Source: Amoebophrya sp. A120 (Eukaryota > Protista > Dinoflagellata). From it: a DNA stretch of 32,960 nt. Positions 23,506 through 32,960 of this stretch are shown in pieces. Where the stretch lies: NCBI GenBank assembly GCA_905178155.1, contig CAJINV010000001.1, positions 11,346,850 to 11,379,809 of the forward strand, in the 5' to 3' direction. The translations under genes were made by a program, and so were the position numbers. Each line of letters opens with the position of its first letter. The first letter of the stretch is position 1. Under the pieces are notes generated by a model. The model had not been told where the DNA came from. It did not search any database and was given only the letters and a program-made list of their open reading frames with translations.

Positions 23506-25191
23506 TTTGATTTGGTGTACATCAAGGAAACCTATCCTTCTATCAATATTCAAGGACAAGAACCACAAACCCAAACGAACTAACGACGTCTTTCTCTTTA
23601 CAAAAAACTCTTGTGTTCAATACGCATCGCAATATACACAAACGCAATATTACCGCGGCAAAGTCGGTGAAAGAAGGAGGACAAGCACAAGGGTTGTAGT
23701 AACTTATGGAAAGACTACTTGTACTTTCACAACGGGCACATTAAGTTATTTTCACTGATCCTGATTGATTGTTGCGCGAAATTAATTATGCTTGCATTGA
23801 GGATACCCGTTCCATGCTTTCGTTCCTCACAACATGCCGATCTGTATCATCTGGCCATCCGATCTCTGAGGCAGAACCTAGCTACGTACATGTGGATGTG
23901 CAGCTACATGAAAGAATATGGAAATGATCTGGATCGGGACGGATCTCTATCTTCGACTCGATCTTTCTACAAGCTCTGCGGCACGTCCTCTACCACGACC
24001 ATTGACGACGAAAATCGTGATCGTCGTGGTTGGTTTACAAGTGTGGCTAGTCTGCTTCCACAGACAAGAAATAAACAAGCAGCCAAGAAATAAATAGAAG
24101 ATGTACATGTATGCACCTCAGTAAGCTGCACAACGACCGATCAAAAATTCTGGCAGTACGCCTGTGAATCGGATAAAATTTCAGATTCTGATGTAGAGGT
24201 ACAACAGTAAGCCTGATTCTGTTGAACAACCGCGTCAGTGTCTTGGAGGAGCAAGAGGATACTCTCGCCGCCTTGACATTCGCTGGAAAAATCTGCGCTG
24301 CCAAAGATACGTCGAGGCGTTTCGCGCAATCAGGTTAATATCGTCGTAGCATATAGCCCTTTATGGTTTTCTTGAATTTTGCAGGTATCTCTACTCCTTG
24401 AAAGAAATCATCAACGCGACGTGCGTTTATTCTTTATATCGAAATCGACAAGCAACGAGCTGACATTGTTTCATTTCGTTTGCACCACAAAAACACAAAA
24501 ACCGTCAGTATTGCTGTTACCATTGGTCATGACCGGGCTCGCAATACAAGCATCATGAGGGAGCTTCCAGGGTCGGTGAATCCGCAGATGCGAGTAGATG
24601 CGCCTGTACCTTATCTTCGTCCGTGTCGAATCAAGAGCCTTACATGAAACCAAAAAAAAAGCTAGAGAAAAAGTTGTCTTGTGGCTCCAAATATTCTTTA
24701 TTTGATTTGTAAGTAGAGCACTAATAAATTGGCGCGACATTAGTTCCATGTATATGTATCGCAAAAAATCGGAAAAGCATAAAGTACACTATTCTTTACA
24801 AAGTTTCGCAGAAAAATCAAAAATGGCTGCTGGCAGTACGGTCGGGCTGATGCCAGAACCGTCGCTAGTGCCACAGGAAGGTCGTCGAGCTGGTGCAGCA
24901 ACGACTTACTTGAAACTTCGCCAGCCAGCGATGAACGCCGATGCGGACGAGCAATTGTTTTCATTTGTGTATAGAAACTACTCCTACTGGAACGTATTCG
25001 TTGAGTGTACTGATACAGACCGAGACACGCACCACTGTGAAGTGAACCATCTTCAAAGATAAATAGAGAGACGAAAAGTTATATCTCTCCTCGCAACGAT
25101 TCCGGAACTCCCTCACCCTGCCCTTCGTGACAAGCTGCCGCCCAGCAGAGCGGCAGGGTGTTTTTCGAGATCGTCAGGCCTCGAGCTGCTC

Positions 25192-27045
25192 TCACAGAAC
25201 TACCCACCAAAGAAGGAAGAGTCCCGCGGTGAGTGCCAGTGCGCCGATGACGCCATACCAGAGCATGGAGATGTTGGACAGAAACGACCCGAAAAAGGAA
25301 CCACTAGATGCTGGGCGCCCCCCGGCACCGGCTGCGCCGGCTTGTTGCGCATTGTTATTCATTCCGTGATGCTGAAATTGGAACTGCCTCGGAACAGCGT
25401 GCCCATTGTTGTTGAACTGCAGCTCCCGCTGCGCAGCTCCGGGGCTGTTGTTGTTCGGGTTCAGAAACGCATTGTTATTGTTGTTATACGCACCGTAGTT
25501 ATAATTCTGGCCCGCTGCATTCATGTTCGCCCCTCCGTTCCCCGGGAAATTAGGATTATTGTTCGGAAAAAAGTGCTGGTCTGCGTTGTTGATGCTACTA
25601 TTGCGGATCAAGACGCCCAACCCAACCAAACACACGGCCGCGATGCAAAAGAGGATCATCACGATGCGGCTGCGTCCATAGTTCTTCGATGCCGACGCCG
25701 AGTTGTTGTTCTTGCGAGAACTGGCGTACTGCCCTGTGGAATCATACTTCGAAGTTCGGTGCTGAAAGTTTCTTGATGGGAGCTTCGTGCTAGAAGCACC
25801 ACCTGCTCCTCCCGGGGGTCGTTTATTCAGCAAGTTGATGCTGTCTCGCGGTAGCGTTCCACTTGATGCAGTTGGTGCACCAGAAAGCTGCTGTCTAGAG
25901 GCACGATTCAGGCTTGCCATGCTGTATTTCTTGTCCCGGGGGGACTGACGCTTCAAAATGGACGCTGCACCGGGAGGGCCCAGCGGGCCTGGAAAAGCTA
26001 TTGCAGAACCACCGACAGGACCTGATATGAAGACAGAGGGAAGAAAGGATTTTCTTATCTGAAATCTCAATCTTTGGGTCGGGGAAAAATAAAGCATAAG
26101 CAATGAATATACTCGAAATCATACCGTAACTTTCAAAACGCGCAACATACCTCTCGAGATTCGCTGGGCCTTGCCACTACTTTTCCGAAAGGGCCCGCGC
26201 CCACCTGCAACATTTTGCCCTTGCACCTGATAATTGCAATTCGAGTTCGTTTTTTAGCTACAAACGGCGGCATTTTGAAAATCAACAGGAGCCAGAATGC
26301 GCAGCTTGTGACGGAAAACATTGCGAAGAAACATTTAACCCCGACCACGAGCAACGAACAGGAGAGCCCCACTGCGCAGCCGCTCCCGTCCCATGCTATG
26401 GAGCGCTAGAATGCAGTCGAGACTTCTAGACGTACTATCAAAACGGAACGCAAGACGCTACCTAGTAATGCAACTTACGACACCAGAATCAGTCGTCACG
26501 CTCACGATTCTAAAATACTTAAATAAAACCATACCTGACGAGACAGGCGTCGGTGGTTTTGGTGTTGCAAAGCAGCCTGCTCCGTGGTTCTTGCTTCGTA
26601 CCTGCTGCTTCTTCTATCCCCATATCCCAATCGCGAAGGATCTACAGCATCCTGCGTCAAGGAGCTCTCTCCAGTGGTGCTCGTGTCGTCATCCGTGTAG
26701 CCCGAGTCATACGAAGAGGAGTACTATGAATTGCAAAAGTATCGTACTCGTATAAATGCATTACAAATTTTCTCAGCATGAGAAATAAAATTTGTAATGG
26801 GGATTTGCCTCAAGAAAAAGATTTGTAATGCAAGACTTGCATTTATACGAATACGATACTTTTGCACAGGATAAGTACTCGTCATCCTGCAGGTCGTCAC
26901 TGGAGTCCTCGGTGGACGGGGAAAGCTTCTGCTGCTTTTGCGCCACCACGTCGGTCCTGTGCCTGCCAGGCGCCATATTTGTAGCACTGGTAGTTGTACC
27001 GGCGGAGCGAGGCTGCAGAGGAGGGCTCTGCACGACGGAGGACAT
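25192..27045 (-). CDS. Hypothetical Asn/Gly/Ser-rich protein with two TM segments (one C-terminal), multi-exon
   Basis: Exon 26874-27045, introner, exon about 26534-26724 (DDEYSSSYDSGY...RLSRQ then gtatgg), small middle exons, last exon about 25192-26021 with IVMILFCIAAVCLVGLGVLI and LWYGVIGALALTAGLFLLWWVVL. Confidence 0.65.
26725..26873 (-). mobile_element. Introner element, family A copy 2 (149 nt)
   Basis: Perfect direct repeat GTACT; TAT...ATA ends; 29-nt TIR tgcaaaagtatcgta(c/t)tcgtataaatgca with 1 mismatch; aligns end to end with 21104-21253; excision gives DDEYSSSY in frame. Confidence 0.93.
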
Positions 27046-28955
27046 GAGTGTGCTGACGCACCGTAACTAAGTGATCTTGTTATGAATGGTCTACACAGAT
27101 GTTATTTTCGTCAAAAGGGCTCCGGCTGCGCCTTCGTTCATCTGCGTCTGCCGCAGCAGAAGCAAGAGAATGCAGCAGCTGGCATGACGCTCAAACACAA
27201 GAAAAAAACGCAAGAAAGCAGAACGAAGACGCGATCTATCAAAAAAAACCAGAACGGGGAGTGCTAGGCGTAGTTCGATCCAAAAAAGTTTAGTTTTGGT
27301 TACCGGATGAGGTGGGTTATTTCACTCAGGACACGTGATGAAATCGCTCTGCAACTGTAAGCGTATCGAGGGCGTTGATATCGAACACCAGTACGAGTTC
27401 GTGGCAACTCTGCGGAATAGAAACAATCAAAGCCAGCACGTAGTTTGTCGCTCCTTTATCTTTGCCAACATGCTTCGTATTAGCATCGCAAACAGAAGGT
27501 GAAACAACATCAAGGTCAAGAAGGCAGTCGTGACGCGGTGGTGGAAACAAACGGCAGGGCTAGCCAGACACAAGTCTACTCGCATGATCCTGCTGGAGAA
27601 ATACAAGTACACAAAGTAGACGATAAAACTGACCGGGATAAGCAAGTGACGTGAGTGAGTCACAACGCCTAGCCCCAATATCTTTCTTTGTCCTGGTCGT
27701 AGCCGAGTTGCATGGATTACCACACATCAAAACTAGCTCATAAAATGGATGGATAGAATCTTCATCCGTCGGATGGCGCAAGTCCCCCCGTTCAAACTAA
27801 GAAAGTACAGTCGCACTGCATGCTACCGATGCAGGTAGCAGAAGTGGGGAACGTAGGACTAGAATGAAGAAGCAAAATTAGAAACGGTGAAACTGTAGCT
27901 CGAAAACAGAATAGAAGATGCATCATACAGCTGGATCTTTCTTGGGAGGATAGGGATAGCGCAAGACTCTTGCCCAATCATACATCCTAATGCTCTATTT
28001 GGCGAAGCGCTAGAATCAGAAACAGTTGTACCTCCGCACCGCTGAAAATCAGCAAAATTAGCTCTACGGTCGTGAAAATGTAGGATATGACAGAAACTAG
28101 AAGGCGCAACTGCAGTTGGCACAAAACAACCACAGACACACCAGCAAAATGAAAATGATATAGAAAAGCTCATTGGTAGTCTTCGACGGCATGACTGCAC
28201 TTTAGTCGAAACATATCGAATAACATAGACATACATATGTAGCGACGGTGTGAATTGTAACGGCGATCGGGTTGATATTGATTCACTTAAGTTGATAGAC
28301 AAAGCGAGTTCCTTCCTATCGGCATCGATATTGCTCACAAACCCTAGTTGGTGAAGAAAAACTAACCAAGAAAGTGGTGTAACTAATGGAATTTCAATTT
28401 TCTAGGAAATAGAAACGAGCTTTTTGTTTTTGTCACGAAATATTCTTTCATTCAGTAACGTCAGCATAACAAATATTCTCTAGTAAGATGTTGCGGAATC
28501 GAATTCCCGGGGGTAGGCTGCAAGGAATAGTCATTTTTTTCAATGTAGTTGCACACAAAAGCTTCGTTGACGATAGGTAGCGTACCATTGGCTTTGTGAT
28601 TGTAGTAGAGAAATGCGCAACATTTTCTTTTCCTATTTGTGGAGGAGGAATGCTGGCATGGAGTTTGCTTCCAGAATTCGAATCAGATTCATCGTACTAC
28701 AAAACTCACTTGTTCCTAATAGCAAGTGCCTTTTTCAACATTTTCATGAATTATGCAAAGAGAAGCTCCGAAGACTCACTCACTAGCGATCGGACGTTGC
28801 GTGATCTAGATTTAGACTCTATCTCGGGTTGTAGTATCAGTGCATTTTTCAACAACACCACGAATAAACTTTGACTAGCCACTGCCACTCCTACTACTCA
28901 GTCGTACCTGAGCATCATTAGGAGCATAGGTTTTGGGTGCCAGCATGTACCTCTT

Positions 28956-31900
28956 TTACGGGCCAACCAGCGGCGTGGTCTCATCCCTCGTCGCAGGTCC
29001 ATTTCCGCTGAATGTAGCCGCTTTGAACACCGCGATAGCCGCACCAATCGTCATCAGCCCCAAGATCGTCATTTCTGTCACAAACAGAGCGTTTAGACAG
29101 GTGAACAGGTTCATTCCAACCGCGGCAATCCAGGCGGTGATGCAGAACATGCTAGCGCAAACTGCGCCGGGAATGCTGGGTGTACCTGATAGGGATACAG
29201 AGGCCCAAGTAGGATGGCGCACTTTAATAACACGTAGCTGCTCCAATAATTCGAAATAAACGATGAAAACCCATCAAACCAGGTGTGGGCGATGTGATTA
29301 TGCGTCATGCTCATGCGACAAAACAACAACAGGAGGACGAATTTCATTCAATACGAACCCAATATAATCATGTAAGTAAAACACGAGCCAGTTGTCTAAG
29401 TACCTTGGCGAAAGGTTCGGCACGCCCAATCGTCAAACTCGTCAGTGAAGCAAACCTGTAGATGCATAGAAGAGAAATTCAAAATTGTTTTTCATCCTCT
29501 TTTTTTGTGCCTTCGCCGACTAGAATCAATATCAAGCAACGAGAAATTGAGATTGACGTAAAAACTACCTTCCTATACGAGAAAGATGTAGTACCAGACA
29601 CGTGTCGGCAAACATTGCGGCACCCAAGAGGCCGGCCATCGTATACGCCGCAGTGGCATTTTCGCACTTAGCTCCCGCTCCTCCAGTGATGATAAGTGCC
29701 AGGCAAGCGATCACAGGAATGGCGCATCTCATCAGAACGTAATCGAGGTACTGAAACCAGGCGTGTTCTGGATCCCATGAATTTCCACGAGACACAAAGC
29801 GGAATGTGTATCTGCAGACGAGCGCGCACAGATCAAACACGATGGCAAGACCGGATGTCGCAGCCAACAGGAGGCTGGAAATAACGACGCGGCTCTGTTG
29901 TATTGAGGGAAGTCGTCAATAATTTTTTTCGCACGTTGGTTTTATACGTACGAATGCGTCATCATGTTTCCTCCATTTACGAAATGGAAATACCAAGAAT
30001 GAATTAAAGAAAACATCCCTGAAAAAGAACTTTTCGCCACAATGAATTCATGCTTCCATAGCTGCTCGTAGTTAAGGTTTCCCTGCTTACCTGTGCACAT
30101 GATGAACCGCTCACGTAGTAAAACGTAACTGAGGAAGCAACTGCGAAGGTGGCTTGAAACAACCCCAACCAGAATTCGACCGTACGCACAAAAAAGATTG
30201 CTGGAACCTGATGCGGAGCGCGGCGAAGGTGCGATTATTATTCCGGATTAATTTTAGTTCGACAAATTTATCTCAACGAAAGCATTTGTTTACGCTGCCC
30301 GAAAAGCAGCGCATCACGTTCACATGCTGCCCATACGCATACCCTTTGTAGAGAGGAGAACTCAGCCAGAAGCATCTTCAGGGTCATCTATATTTGTTTC
30401 ATTACAAAAACGTACCACATGCTCCGAGTAATCGTCTTTTGCGGCTTCGTGGTACGCTTGCAGGTACCCCCGAATCCAGAACACGTTCACCAAGTCGAAA
30501 AGAACTCCAGGCAAGACGAGCCCGAGCGCGATGGCGATTTTCGACGAGCAGTCAGCTGCTTCGAGTCCGATGGTGCACAGGCTTCCCACTGCAAACAAAT
30601 CCACCAACAACGTGAGAAAAGTAAGGAACACGCTGATGTGGTACAGGTACGTGGTGTAGGCGTAGGTCTGGTAAGAGTAAAACGTGACGCTTTGACGAGA
30701 AGTTTCGTACAGGCCCGCCGAGGTGTCGACAATGGAGGTGGCTCCACGCTTTATGGATTTCCCCGTGCTTTCCGCCAGGTTGCCAAGCGGGCCCAGAGTC
30801 ATGGAATGCAGCTTGTCGCCCACCGCGGAGAGTTTCGTCCCCTCACCATCGCCGAAACCAAAGACCTTGAATGTTCGCACAACTTGCAAAGAAAAAGATG
30901 CGGCTTTCAGTGTGTAAGTGCTGCTTCACACATCGAAATGGACCTTTCACACATCGAAATGCACCGTGACAGATTAAAAACAATCTCGCTGGAAACCGGA
31001 CCAGCATGGTCGAGTGCAGTTTTTTTCAGATTTTGATGAACCAAAAAAGCAAAGCCAAAGAGCGTCTAGTAGTACCCCCGTGGTATCGGGCATTCCGGGC
31101 ATGGAATCGCGGACGGTTTGCACCCGGGTCGAGACGCCGGTCGATAGAGTGGATACGCCGTTTGATACTCCCTGCGTAACAGTCGAGACCGCAGTGGAAA
31201 CACCATTCGAAACACTCGAGAACATTCCGCGGACACCTGCATATCGTTTTGAGATCATTGTTTTAGATCAGATAGATTGATTTGATGCTCGCTCGTTCAA
31301 AGTTCAACATTTGCGTGTCGTTTACAAAGCACAGAACGCGAATTAGAAACATCGAGTATCAAGTTACAAAAATGAAACGTATCTACTATCAACAGAAAGT
31401 AGGTCAAGTGCGCATACTGAATTTGAAGCCGCCATCCGGAGAGGAATCATCGGCTGCAAACTCGGTTGTTTCGGCGTCTGGGTCGGTCCCCTGGTTTGTT
31501 CCACCGTAGTTCGCAAACTGCTGCCCCGCTCCGCCGGCATGGTACTCGCTCTGCGACATTCCGGTGGGGCGACCCATTAATTCATCCGGATTAAACTGGG
31601 TGTTTGCACCGCGCGACGCAGCAGCACCGTAGCCGCGCAGCTGCCCGTCCTGGCCTTGCTGCGCGCTGTTCGTTTCCGGAGTACTGGCGTACCTGAGTAG
31701 CAGGTCGTTCGAATAAAAACATCGATATCATATCGTCGAGTTCGAGATTGGAAAACAAGTACAAGAATCTCTTTTCATATAGTCATCCCGTCATCACGAT
31801 TATTTACAGCAATCACACAGGCTTTTTTAGGTCTGGAAAAAGAAAAACAAATGGCACTGTCACCGAAATCAAAAGAACCACTTTCAATGATAATACCCTT

Positions 31901-32132
31901 GCCCCCCGTACGAATCCGCCGGACCAGCACGGTTTCCGTACGCGCGGACCTGGTCGTAGTCTCCCTGGTTCAGATAATTACGTTCCTCAATGTCCGCCGC
32001 GTCAATCTGTTGGCCCTGTGTAATAGGACCAGTCCGGACCGCTCCCTGCATTCCGGGCGCATAGCCTGTTTGATCTTGAGCAAACCCTTTCTCCTTGCCG
32101 CCGCCTTTATTCTTATCCTTTCCTCTTCCCAT
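28956..32132 (-). CDS. Hypothetical multi-pass membrane protein with Gly/Gln-rich N-terminus (possibly two genes split near 31260-31404)
   Basis: Consecutive minus-strand exons linked mostly by frame-compatible GT-AG introns (GQG|YASTPE, FKFS|VRGMF, SEHV|VPAIFF, SCAQ|SRVV, RIGR|FASLT, FAK|LRVI); many hydrophobic helices; junction near 30890-31075 unresolved. Confidence 0.6.
30925..30966. repeat. 21-bp tandem duplication within an intron
   Basis: ttcacacatcgaaatggacct followed by ttcacacatcgaaatgcaccg. Confidence 0.85.
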
Positions 32133-32960
32133 CTTTTGTTCTATTTCTTTTTCTTTTTGTAAACACAAACTTTCCTTCCGCTTCCCCCGAGCTAGTAACT
32201 TATTTTTCTATCGCTGAAGTTCTTAATCGAGGGTGGAAATCGAAATCAACGCGCTCCGGGAGCCGTTGCCCTTGATCAACACCTTCTACTGATGGGTTTA
32301 CGAAATTAATATCTTCACTTGGTGTTTTGCTCCTTTATTTGTAACTTGCTACCATTTTGTCCTCTCATTGAAGACAAATATCATAAAAGCGAGTCATCGA
32401 TTTTGTGTCCTACCGCCGGGGGACGAGGATTCGAGTCCACACTCTCAAAGATGCTGAAGGATAAACATTCAACCTGACGGCTCGTGATGAGTTACATGGT
32501 CTGACGGTTTCGTGACGTTTTGAAAAAAGAAAAGCGAAATTTTTACTGTGGCTCGGCACTACGATAGCTTCGGGCGATAGGCGGCAAAGCCATGCCGCGA
32601 AACACACCGCGAAGCACCATTGGTCCTACCCCAGGACAGTGTCTGCCTGGGGAGCGTGCACGCATGTCGCCACACGCGTTGAAAATTGTGTGGGCCCCCA
32701 TAACACAAAAAGACGAAAGAGCAAACCCCAAATGCCCAACGACTGGCATCCCACCAGCCAACGCAGGGGCGCGCAACGGCTGGACGTTGGCCATATTCTG
32801 GGTTGCCGCCTGACGTTTCCCATGGGCGCCTTTGGTGGTAAGTAGCTAGGTAGGCCCTCAGGTAGCCCAAGAATGAAATGACGCAATTTGACGGAATGGT
32901 GACAAAACCGTCACAAGTTGGAAGGCGGTTCCAATTTGGTTAGTGACAGTTTTTCTTCCC

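Noticed and set aside
23760-25100. Probable fragmented minus-strand gene
   Set aside because: Short frames only; no consistent exon chain or motif could be supported by eye
27320-28900. Possible small-exon gene in an AT-richer region
   Set aside because: No reliable frame linkage or homology recognised
150-32845. Numerous plus-strand ORFs of 60-205 aa
   Set aside because: They are antisense shadows of minus-strand exons or lie in introns; none has a recognisable motif
32410-32960. GC-rich segment at the window end as an autonomous transposon or transposase
   Set aside because: No DDE or reverse-transcriptase motif and no long ORF; truncated by the window edge

Overview
Eukaryotic, intron-rich genomic DNA in which every gene I can support (about 9-11) lies on the minus strand. 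Recognisable genes are ARMC9 (LisH/armadillo ciliary protein), a Vti1-type Qb-SNARE and a divergent actin-related protein. There is also a large protein with a Trp-rich disordered region plus degenerate cold-shock/OB-fold repeats, and several hypothetical membrane or secreted proteins. Ordinary GT-AG introns coexist with about ten hairpin insertions of 110-305 nt that end in TAT...ATA (or a one-base variant), carry terminal inverted repeats (TIRs) and are usually flanked by a perfect or degenerate 5-bp direct repeat. Removing element plus 5 nt restores the reading frame in every case I checked, so they behave as transposon-derived non-canonical introns (introner elements). Co-oriented genes plus such introns point to a syndinian dinoflagellate such as Amoebophrya (inference, no search run). 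All exon boundaries were derived by hand and need RNA-seq confirmation.
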